A stretch of DNA of 48,532 nt, taken from contig JBDRQF010000060.1 in the NCBI GenBank assembly GCA_043826435.1, forward strand, positions 1-48,532, in the 5' to 3' direction. The notes under the pieces were generated by a model. The model did no database searches. It was not told the origin of the DNA and worked only from the letters and a program-made list of their open reading frames with translations. Position 1 is the stretch's first letter; every line of letters starts with the position of its first letter. This stretch comes from Elusimicrobiota bacterium (lineage in GTDB: Bacteria; Elusimicrobiota; Endomicrobiia; CG1-02-37-114; JAHJSO01). Made by a program: the position numbers and the translations under genes. Below, piece after piece: positions 39,683 through 47,515 of this stretch.

Positions 39683-40477
39683 ATGAAAAAATTACTGATT
39701 CTTTTTTTAAGCGTCGGTTTCGCAGGTTCTTTTTATAACATTTCTTCGGGAACGTCAACAGTGCCGGTGGTTTCTGCAGGGTATGACGTGGAAGCGGATA
39801 CCAGGACAAACGTTGACAAACTCAGTGACCAGGACCCCGGGGTGCGCAAGAGGGCGATTTATTCCCTGTCGGCGGAGAAGAAGCAAGGCAGTATAAAGTA
39901 CGTCATGGGAATGCTCAATGACCCCGATGCAGGAGTCAGGGAGGCGGCTATCCGCGTCCTGGGAGACACGGGTAAAAAAGAGGTTGTTGGGCCCGCAGTT
40001 CTCGCAACGTTAAGAAAAGAACGGGAGACCGCGCCGGTAATTACAGGGATGAGCGTCCTGTCAAAAATGAGATACACCCCCGCCATCCCGGTTATAAAAT
40101 CAAAAATGGAACACCCGTTCCCGTTAATCAGGACCTACGCCATTGTGTCCCTCGCAGAGTTTAACGACCCGTCGTCGTACCAGGCAATAAAAGAGAAAAT
40201 CAATGACCCGGCGGAGGGAGTGCGCATAGAGGTGATGCGTGTTTGCGCAAAAAAGAAGATTACCTCCGCCATACCGGACATAGTCAAAAACATGAAACAC
40301 CCTATCAGCGTCGTCAGGAGGGAGGCAGCGGCAGCCCTCGGTGAAATAGGCGGTCGGGTCGAGATACAGGAACTGGAGAAACTCCTTGACGATACTGATA
40401 TGTTCGTCGTGAAGGTAACGAAAGAGGCGATTGAAAAAATTTCAGCGAGGACGGAAAAAGGGGGCATTAAAAGATAA
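39683..40477 (+). CDS. HEAT/PBS-lyase repeat protein with N-terminal signal peptide or anchor
   Basis: Repeated L.D.D..VR..A...LG motifs (LSDQDPGVRKRA, LNDPDAGVREAA, VVRREAAAALGEIG). Confidence 0.85.
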   Translation: MKKLLILFLSVGFAGSFYNISSGTSTVPVVSAGYDVEADTRTNVDKLSDQDPGVRKRAIYSLSAEKKQGSIKYVMGMLNDPDAGVREAAIRVLGDTGKKEVVGPAVLATLRKERETAPVITGMSVLSKMRYTPAIPVIKSKMEHPFPLIRTYAIVSLAEFNDPSSYQAIKEKINDPAEGVRIEVMRVCAKKKITSAIPDIVKNMKHPISVVRREAAAALGEIGGRVEIQELEKLLDDTDMFVVKVTKEAIEKISARTEKGGIKR

Positions 40478-40487
40478 GAGCGGTAAG

Positions 40488-40802
40488 ATGGCGAAAATTA
40501 CGGTAAGGATGTACACCATACTTAAAGAAAATGTCGGGACAGGCAGCGTAAATCTTGCCGTGAAAAATGCGGGCGAGGCGCTTGAAAAACTCAAAGAGAG
40601 ATTCGGCGGACAGTTTGTTGATACGCTCTACGAGGATGACGGTAAAAAAATAAAAGGATACTTCATCCTCCTGCTGAACGGTAAGGTTGTTGACAGGGTA
40701 AACCCTTCACGGCACAAACTGAAAAACGGAGACACGCTTCACATCTTTCCACCCATCGCAGGCGGGAAACAGAGAGGGCAACCCTTGTTGAGAAACCAGT
40801 GA
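40488..40802 (+). CDS. MoaD/ThiS (SAMP-like) ubiquitin-like protein with an 11-aa extension after the GG motif
   Basis: ITVRMYTIL, ILLLNG, LKNGDTLHIFPPIAGG then KQRGQPLLRNQ*; ATG 40488. Confidence 0.85.
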   Translation: MAKITVRMYTILKENVGTGSVNLAVKNAGEALEKLKERFGGQFVDTLYEDDGKKIKGYFILLLNGKVVDRVNPSRHKLKNGDTLHIFPPIAGGKQRGQPLLRNQ

Positions 40803-40816
40803 AAAATTGCTATAAT
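40788..40816 (+). promoter_or_regulatory. Sigma70-type promoter for the DUF151 gene
   Basis: TTGAGA-17 nt-TATAAT with extended TGn; overlaps the tail of the MoaD-like ORF. Confidence 0.7.
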
Positions 40817-40897
40817 TTTACCTGCGTAATTTTTATTCCAATAAGACGCTAATAGACGCAGACGCGCTTAAGAAGCGCCGGGGGATGGCCATAAAAG

Positions 40898-41380
40898 ATG
40901 ATTTCCTGCAAGATTGAAACGGTAACCTTTGACGATGTCTCACATATGGGCGTCGTGTTGCTGACTGAAAAAGACGGCAGAAGGGTGTTGCCGGTGTGGG
41001 TCGGGCTTTTTGAAGCCCAGGCGATACTTTTCCGTCTCCAAAATTCTTATTTTCCGCGGCCACTGACGCATGACCTCCTGAAAAACTGTATAGAACGTCT
41101 GAATGGCCAGGTGGAATACATTTTAATCAACAGGATTGAGAACAACACCTTTTACGCCCAGATACACATCAAACATAACAATAATAAGATCGTGATTGAC
41201 TCAAGGCCTTCCGACGCCATAGCCCTTGCAGTCAGGGTTGAAACGCCGATATACGTTGAAGAGAAACTTTTTGAAACAAACGGGGTTGACAAAGAGGAAT
41301 TTTTGAAAGAACAGAGAGAAAAACTATATAAGTTATACCTGGAAGCGACGGAAGAGGACGAAGAAAAAACAAAGCATTAA
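40898..41380 (+). CDS. Bifunctional nuclease family protein (DUF151/BFN)
   Basis: RVLPVWVGLFEAQAI, PRPLTHDLL, TFYAQI, IDSRPSDAIALAVR...PIYV. Confidence 0.93.
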   Translation: MISCKIETVTFDDVSHMGVVLLTEKDGRRVLPVWVGLFEAQAILFRLQNSYFPRPLTHDLLKNCIERLNGQVEYILINRIENNTFYAQIHIKHNNNKIVIDSRPSDAIALAVRVETPIYVEEKLFETNGVDKEEFLKEQREKLYKLYLEATEEDEEKTKH

Positions 41381-41437
41381 AAGAGGAGGAGCCGGGGACA
41401 TGCGTACGGCGGCGACGCATGGTACGGGCGATGGGCA

Positions 41438-41770
41438 ATGAGGTCAGTATTATATTACGTAAATTTCTGGATGCGCGGCATAGAAAAGACGCACGGAATA
41501 AATCCTTACATTTTTGCGGTCCTGTACGCGGGAGGCATACTTCCCTTCTGGCTGTGCATATACAAGTTGGCAAAAAATTTTAAAGAAGGCAGGATTGACG
41601 AAGCCATCAAGTGGGCATTGATTTTCGGGTTTGTTATTATCGTTCCCTTTTTGTACGTGGCGCTATTCGGGAAAAATTTACCTTCCTGGTTTTGGTTTAC
41701 AGTTGCGGGTATTTTGTTACTGTCCGTTTTTTCGGTGGTCAGAAAGATTAAAAAGAAAATAACAACGTAA
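41438..41770 (+). CDS. Hypothetical small membrane protein (about 3 TM)
   Basis: HGINPYIFAVLY, PFLYVALFGKNLPSW; hydrophobic helices and basic C-terminus. Confidence 0.7.
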   Translation: MRSVLYYVNFWMRGIEKTHGINPYIFAVLYAGGILPFWLCIYKLAKNFKEGRIDEAIKWALIFGFVIIVPFLYVALFGKNLPSWFWFTVAGILLLSVFSVVRKIKKKITT

Positions 41771-41797
41771 AAGGCGGGGCAACAGGAGGATTAAAAA

Positions 41798-42310
41798 ATG
41801 TCACTCACGCACCAGGAAATTGAATGGCTGAGCAACGCGCTTAAAAACATAGGGCTTTTTTCCGTTTGCACCGTCGGTGAGATAAAGGAGATAATGACGG
41901 CGGTGACGAAAAGGCATTTTGACAAAGGGAACATCATAATAAAGCAGGGAGAGGCAGGCGATTTCTTTTTCATCATAGGACAGGGGGACGTGTCTGTTTC
42001 CATTGATGAGAAGGGCAGGACTATGAATAAAATAGCTACGCTGAAAGCAGGCGATTATTTCGGCGAGATATCCCTTCTGACGGGACAGGTGAGGAACGCC
42101 ACGATAATTGCAGACACGCCCTGCGAGTTGTTCCTGATATACAGGACGGAATTTCTGGGATTGCTCTCACGCAATCCATCGCTTGAAGTGAGGTTTCTGA
42201 AAGACGTAGAGAAGCGGCTGATGGAAAGGAATTATGTGATGTCTCATTCGCAGGAACGGAAAACCGGTTTTTTCCAGAAAATCAAAAAGACACTCGGTGG
42301 CAACAGATAG
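41798..42310 (+). CDS. Stand-alone cyclic nucleotide-binding (cNMP) domain protein
   Basis: IIKQGEAGDFFFII..G.V, GDYFGEISLL...RNATIIA phosphate-binding cassette; no HTH; strong AGGAGG SD. Confidence 0.9.
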   Translation: MSLTHQEIEWLSNALKNIGLFSVCTVGEIKEIMTAVTKRHFDKGNIIIKQGEAGDFFFIIGQGDVSVSIDEKGRTMNKIATLKAGDYFGEISLLTGQVRNATIIADTPCELFLIYRTEFLGLLSRNPSLEVRFLKDVEKRLMERNYVMSHSQERKTGFFQKIKKTLGGNR

Positions 42311-42328
42311 GCAGGGGGATTAAGCAAA

Positions 42329-43126
42329 ATGGGAAGAACATGTCTGGTTGTGCAGGGCGCTGGGAAATATGTTTATAGCATGAAAATAAAACCGGAAGAC
42401 AAATGTATTCTTATGTTCTCGGGAGGAAGGGATTCCACGATATCCGCGGTGTGTCTTTCAGGAACATTCAAACATTTAACTTTGGTGACAGTCCTGTCCG
42501 AGCATTTAGTCGGTATTGAAAGGGTCTATGAAAGGGTCATCCAACTTAAAAAGCATTTGCCGAAGGGGACGGAATGGTTGCAGGTTATTCAGCCGAAAAT
42601 CCCGGTTATTAAAATCCTTAAGTATGCCACCTGCCTTCCGTGTCAGCATGCCTATATTATTATCGGGGTTATGATAGCCAAAAGATTACAGATATCAAAT
42701 TTAGCATTGGGTTATGCCGGGTACCAGAATTCATGGCCTGAACAGACCCCGTATTCAACGAGACAATTAAAAAAACTGCTGAAAAATTTCGGGATTAATC
42801 TCCGGTTGCCGGCATACGATACCAAAAAGAAAGAGGATGCGATTAGTAAACTTATACAATTGGGACTGGAATCCGAATCATATGAACAAAAATGTCTCAG
42901 GCAAAGTTCCAACGTAGAACTTAAGGGGGATATATTAAAGTCGGAAATTGACCGCTGGATAAATTGCATAGATAAAACTATTAAGTCAATAGATAATGTC
43001 CAGATAAATACGTGGTTGCGCGTAAAGATAGAAGACGTTATGGATACGAATTTATTGAAAAACACGGGCGGGGTCAGAACGGGCGAGGCCGTAGACAGGA
43101 TCATCACAGGCGGGGTCATGTGGTGA
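42329..43126 (+). CDS. PP-loop (adenine nucleotide alpha-hydrolase) ATPase, QueC/MnmA/TtcA-superfamily-like, function unknown
   Basis: ILMFSGGRDST PP-loop; TCLPCQ; GYAGYQNSWPEQ; EQKCL. Lacks the QueC C-terminal 4-Cys zinc motif. More AT-rich than flanks. Alternative start 42380. Confidence 0.7.
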   Translation: MGRTCLVVQGAGKYVYSMKIKPEDKCILMFSGGRDSTISAVCLSGTFKHLTLVTVLSEHLVGIERVYERVIQLKKHLPKGTEWLQVIQPKIPVIKILKYATCLPCQHAYIIIGVMIAKRLQISNLALGYAGYQNSWPEQTPYSTRQLKKLLKNFGINLRLPAYDTKKKEDAISKLIQLGLESESYEQKCLRQSSNVELKGDILKSEIDRWINCIDKTIKSIDNVQINTWLRVKIEDVMDTNLLKNTGGVRTGEAVDRIITGGVMW

Positions 43127-43148
43127 CGGTATTAACGGGGGGCAAAAA

Positions 43149-44441
43149 ATGAACAAACCCAAGTTGCATATTTCAACGAAGAAAAAAAATTATGCCGGCA
43201 AGGTTAACCCGCTGGATATGGCGCTTGAACAACTTGATATCGCTGCAAAAAAGTTAAAGTTGTCCGATGACCTGCATGAGAAATTAAAATACCCCAAGAG
43301 AATCCTCCAGGTAAGCGTTCCGATTAGAACGGATGAAGGCCATATAAAAGTTTTCAGGGGATACCGTGTCCAGCACAATTTAGACAGGGGCCCGGGCAAG
43401 GGCGGTATAAGGTACCACCCCGACGTGGATTTGGATGAGGTTGTAGCCCTTTCAATGTGGATGACATGGAAGTGCGCTGTCGTGAACATACCTTTCGGCG
43501 GCGCAAAGGGCGGGGTTGTGTGCGACCCGTCCGTACTTTCTGAGACGGAACTTGAACACATTACCCGCAGGTATATCTCTGAAATCGGATTAATAATAGG
43601 GCCTGAAAAGGACATCCTCGCCCCGGACGTGAATACCAATCCCAGGGTGATGTCGTGGGTTATGGACACCTTCAGCATGAACGTCGGGTATTCTGTGCCC
43701 GGCGTCGTTACGGGCAAACCGATTGCGCTCGGAGGTTCCCGCGGCAGGAAAGAGGCGACAGGCAGGGGTGCGACTTACGTCACGGAGGAGGCGGCGAAGT
43801 TGTACGGCGTTAACCTTAATAGCGCTACCATTGCCGTACAGGGGTTCGGGAACGTGGGCGCAAACGCCGCCCAGATTTTTGCAAAAAAAGGGATTAAGGT
43901 CATTGCCGTATCCGACGTCCACGGAGGGGTGTATAACGCCGGCGGGCTTGACATTGAGAAACTTCTGAAGCACTCTGACGCGGCCGGTTCCGTCAGGGAT
44001 TTCAAGGGAGCAAAAAACATTACAAACGCCGAACTGCTGGAACTACCGGTTGACGTACTTGTCCCTGCCGCGCTTGAAGCCCAGATAACGGGAGAGAACG
44101 CCGGCAGGATAAAAGCCAGGATTATCGTTGAAGGAGCGAACGGCCCGACCACGCCCGAGGCGGACAGGATTCTTCATTCAAAAGGGACTCATATTATACC
44201 TGATATTCTGGCTAATGCGGGCGGCGTGACCGCTTCATATTTTGAATGGGTCCAGTCGCTGCAGGCGTACTTCTGGTCGGAAGAAGAAGTTAATAACAAA
44301 CTCAGGCATGTAATAATAAACAGTTTTTATGAGGTGGTTGACATAATGAAAAAGTATAAAGTGGACATGAGGACAGCCGCCCTCATGTTGGCGGTTGAAA
44401 GAGTTGCCGAGGCGGCGTACCTGAGGGGGTTGTATCCATGA
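43149..44441 (+). CDS. gdhA: Glu/Leu/Phe/Val dehydrogenase (glutamate dehydrogenase)
   Basis: GYRVQH, GPGKGGIRYHP, MTWKCA, PFGGAKGG, APDVNT, VTGKP, VQGFGNVG, EGANGPTT, NAGGVTASYFEWVQ. Confidence 0.95.
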   Translation: MNKPKLHISTKKKNYAGKVNPLDMALEQLDIAAKKLKLSDDLHEKLKYPKRILQVSVPIRTDEGHIKVFRGYRVQHNLDRGPGKGGIRYHPDVDLDEVVALSMWMTWKCAVVNIPFGGAKGGVVCDPSVLSETELEHITRRYISEIGLIIGPEKDILAPDVNTNPRVMSWVMDTFSMNVGYSVPGVVTGKPIALGGSRGRKEATGRGATYVTEEAAKLYGVNLNSATIAVQGFGNVGANAAQIFAKKGIKVIAVSDVHGGVYNAGGLDIEKLLKHSDAAGSVRDFKGAKNITNAELLELPVDVLVPAALEAQITGENAGRIKARIIVEGANGPTTPEADRILHSKGTHIIPDILANAGGVTASYFEWVQSLQAYFWSEEEVNNKLRHVIINSFYEVVDIMKKYKVDMRTAALMLAVERVAEAAYLRGLYP

Positions 44442-45805
44442 CCTTTACGCTTGTATGTAACGGGGTCCTTATTTCGGGAGATAAATTCATACGGAACGGC
44501 GCGGTCCTTTATGACGAAAAGGGCATTATTCGGGACGTGGGAGATACCGACGAAGTAAGAGGCAGGGTATTCAGGGCGAACGATCCGGAGATACACCTTA
44601 AGATTATTGATGCAAAGAAAAAGGTGATAATGCCGGGTTTTATTTGCGCGCACCACCACCTGTATTCAACCTTCGCCCGCGGGATGTACCTGCCCGGCAA
44701 GCCCGCCGGAAATTTCGTTGAAATCCTTAAAAAACTATGGTGGCGACTGGATAAGACGCTCCGTTCAGAAGACATTTACTGGAGCGCAATGGTGGCTCTG
44801 CTTGAGTGCATAAGGAATGGCGTTACCACGATAATTGACCACCACGAATCGCAGGCCTACCAGGTAGGCTCGCTGGATGACATCAAAAGGGCGGTTGAAA
44901 AGTCGGGAATCCGCGCTGCGATTTGCTTCGGGACGTCGGACAGGTACGGGAAGGGCAGGGAAGGGCTTGATGAAAACGAAAGGTTTCTGGGTTCGCTCGC
45001 CGGCGCTTCACCACAAAACCCTCATCCCCTTGTAGCGGGTATGGTGGGACTGCACGCGTCCTTTACGGTTAATGACGACACGCTCGGCAGGTCGGTTGAA
45101 CTCGCAAAAAGATTCAAAACCGGGATTCACATCCATTGCGCCGAGGACATATCAGACCAGAAGGCCTGTCTTAAAAAATACAAAATGCGTGTGGTTGAAC
45201 GACTGAACAAGGCAGGGGCGCTTGGGGAGAAAACGCTTCTTGTTCATTGCATTCATCTTGCCGAAAAGGAACTGTCAATAATCAAAAAGACAAAAACGAA
45301 CGTCGTCCACAACCCCGAATCAAACATGAATAACGCCGTAGGGTGCGCCGACGTTTTGAAGATGTTTAAAAAGGGAATCGTTGCGGGGCTCGGCACTGAC
45401 GGGATGTCTTCGGATATGCTCGCCCAGATGAGGTGCGCCTACCTTTTGCAGAGGCATTTCCACGGTGACCCGCGTGTGGCTTTTAACGAGGCGCCGGGGA
45501 TGTTACTTGAAAATAACAAGGTCATAGCAGGCAGGATTTTCGGTTATCCCGTGGGAGAGTTAAAAAAGGGCGCTCCTGCGGACATAGTTATTCTTGATTA
45601 CTACCCGCCGACCCCGCTCACGGGCGACAATTTCTACGGGCACCTGATTTTCGGCATGGTGGATGCAGCTGTTGACACGGTCATAGTGAACGGCAGGTTG
45701 ATAATGAGAGACAGGACGCTCTCCGGCATTGACGAGAAATACGTGGCGGCGAAGTCACGGGAGGTCGCTGAAAAATTCTGGAAGGCCATTATTGAAAGCA
45801 AGTGA
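44438..45805 (+). CDS. ssnA: SsnA-like putative aminohydrolase
   Basis: PGFICAHHHLYSTFARG, LWWRLD, GVTTIIDHH, GLHASFT, HIHCAE, HNPESNMNNAVG, GLGTDG; ATGA overlap with gdh. Confidence 0.85.
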   Translation: MTFTLVCNGVLISGDKFIRNGAVLYDEKGIIRDVGDTDEVRGRVFRANDPEIHLKIIDAKKKVIMPGFICAHHHLYSTFARGMYLPGKPAGNFVEILKKLWWRLDKTLRSEDIYWSAMVALLECIRNGVTTIIDHHESQAYQVGSLDDIKRAVEKSGIRAAICFGTSDRYGKGREGLDENERFLGSLAGASPQNPHPLVAGMVGLHASFTVNDDTLGRSVELAKRFKTGIHIHCAEDISDQKACLKKYKMRVVERLNKAGALGEKTLLVHCIHLAEKELSIIKKTKTNVVHNPESNMNNAVGCADVLKMFKKGIVAGLGTDGMSSDMLAQMRCAYLLQRHFHGDPRVAFNEAPGMLLENNKVIAGRIFGYPVGELKKGAPADIVILDYYPPTPLTGDNFYGHLIFGMVDAAVDTVIVNGRLIMRDRTLSGIDEKYVAAKSREVAEKFWKAIIESK

Positions 45806-45809
45806 AACC

Positions 45810-45869
45810 GTCATTGCGAGCCGAAGGCGAAGCAATCCCGTCGTTCCTTTCGGCCGATCGCAACGGCAC
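45810..45869. repeat. REP-like palindromic element between ssnA and fmt
   Basis: GTCATTGCGAGCCGAAGGCGAAGCAATCCC plus a degenerate inverted end TCGCAACGGCAC. Confidence 0.82.
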
Positions 45870-45878
45870 TTTTTGTAA

Positions 45879-46874
45879 ATGAAAATTGTTTTTTTCGGTT
45901 CAAAGGCGTCTTCTGTTGAATTTTTAAGATGCCTGATAAAAGACGAAGAAGTGGCTGCTGTTGTAACCCACCCGGACAGGTATTCGGGCAGGGGGCTTTT
46001 GTTGAAGCCGTCCGTCGTAAAGGTGTTCGCGAATGACCACAACGTCGGTGTTTTACTGCCGGAGAAAATGTCGGGAGAGTTTGTTGAAATGCTTAAAGGG
46101 TATTCTGCTGAGTTAGGCGTAGTCGTGGCATACGGGAAGATTATCCCGGAAACGATTATTAAGGTATTCCCGCGCGGCATAATAAACGTCCATTTTTCAC
46201 TACTGCCTGAGTACAGGGGTGCGAATCCCATACAGCATGCTTTGATTGACGGTAGGACAAAGACAGGGGTTACGTCCTTTTTTATAGATAAGGGGATGGA
46301 TACGGGCGGTGTTATCCTTCAGAGGGAAATCCTCGTTGACCCCGACGACGACTCAAGGACGCTTGAAGAAAAACTTGTTCCCGTCGGTGTCGGGTTGTTA
46401 CAGGAAACGCTCCGGTTGATAAAAGACGGGAATGATACGGCGCAACCCCAGAAAGGGAATGAGAGTTATGCCGGCATCCTTAAAAAATCAGACGGTAAGA
46501 TTAACTGGTCAAGGCCGGCGAGAGAGGTGCATAATTTAATAAGAGGGACGCAGCCGTGGCCCGGGGCTTTCACTGAAATAAAAGGTTCCGCATCAAAATC
46601 AAAAACGGTTTTTTTGAAGATATTGAGAAGCAGGGTTTTATCGGAATGTCCGGGTGATGGAATTACCTGCCCGGCGCCTTCACTCGTCAAGACCCGTCCA
46701 CTGGACGGGTGCCCCGGTGAAATAACGGGTATTGAAAAGGGGCAGGGTTTTGTCGTCAGGTGCGGTAATGACTTTCTGCTTGCTCTCCGCGTTAAGGCGG
46801 ATGGGAGGCAGGACATGTCTGCATGGGACTACTGGCAGGGAGCGCATCTTAACATCGGTGATAAATTTGAATGA
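45879..46874 (+). CDS. fmt: Methionyl-tRNA formyltransferase
   Basis: MKIVFFGS, VVTHPDR..GRG, VVAYGKI, INVHFSLLPEYRGANPI, MDTG, IRGTQPWPGA. Confidence 0.95.
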   Translation: MKIVFFGSKASSVEFLRCLIKDEEVAAVVTHPDRYSGRGLLLKPSVVKVFANDHNVGVLLPEKMSGEFVEMLKGYSAELGVVVAYGKIIPETIIKVFPRGIINVHFSLLPEYRGANPIQHALIDGRTKTGVTSFFIDKGMDTGGVILQREILVDPDDDSRTLEEKLVPVGVGLLQETLRLIKDGNDTAQPQKGNESYAGILKKSDGKINWSRPAREVHNLIRGTQPWPGAFTEIKGSASKSKTVFLKILRSRVLSECPGDGITCPAPSLVKTRPLDGCPGEITGIEKGQGFVVRCGNDFLLALRVKADGRQDMSAWDYWQGAHLNIGDKFE

Positions 46875-47514
46875 TTCTAATAGTACAAATAGTCCAATGC
46901 CCGACGGTGGAGACGGTACAAACGGGGGCGGACCGGGAGTGGAATTGTCGCGGTGGTTACTGAACTATCTGGGTTTTCCGGCATTGGCGCTGCTGGGTAA
47001 AGTGTTCCCCGGCGGTAGGGAAAAATTAGAGGCGTATTTTATTAAAATCAACAACCGGATGGTGAGCAGCCGTCTTAACGGTTTTTCAATTAGGAGTTTA
47101 CTTCTGCTCCTTCCGCATTGTTTACAGTTTGACGGGTGCGAACACAAAATAACAAAGAGGATACTCAATTGCGCCGGGTGTGGGAAATGCAGGGTCGTTG
47201 ACATTGTCAGGTTAGGTGAGAAATATAACGTTCCGGTTAAGGTTGCTACGGGCGGGCGGCTGGCACGCCGGTTGGTTGATGAAATTAAACCCGATGTCGT
47301 TGTGGCCGTCGCCTGCGAGAGAGAACTATCCGAGGGTATCTCGGCGACATATCCTGCATTTGTAATGGGGATACCGAACATAAGGCCTTTTGGCCCCTGC
47401 GTCAATACGACGGTGGAGGCCGGGAAAATAGAAAGTGTCATTGAAAAGATTTTAGGCGGCAAGAGCGACGGGCCGGCGGGCGTCAGAGCCGGCGGGCGTC
47501 GGGGGGGCAACTGA
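46867..47514 (+). CDS. DUF116 domain protein
   Basis: LLLPHCLQ...C, CAGCGKC, VATGG, VAVACEREL..G, GPCVNT; typical position after fmt. Start uncertain (TTG 46867, ATG 46897 or GTG 46939). Confidence 0.85.
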   Translation: MNDSNSTNSPMPDGGDGTNGGGPGVELSRWLLNYLGFPALALLGKVFPGGREKLEAYFIKINNRMVSSRLNGFSIRSLLLLLPHCLQFDGCEHKITKRILNCAGCGKCRVVDIVRLGEKYNVPVKVATGGRLARRLVDEIKPDVVVAVACERELSEGISATYPAFVMGIPNIRPFGPCVNTTVEAGKIESVIEKILGGKSDGPAGVRAGGRRGGN

Positions 47515-47515
47515 A

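Noticed and set aside
42329..43126. Calling this gene queC or a CBASS/Qat defence system
   Set aside because: Lacks the QueC PxRN and C-terminal zinc motifs; no CD-NTase, TGT, TatD or other partner genes nearby.
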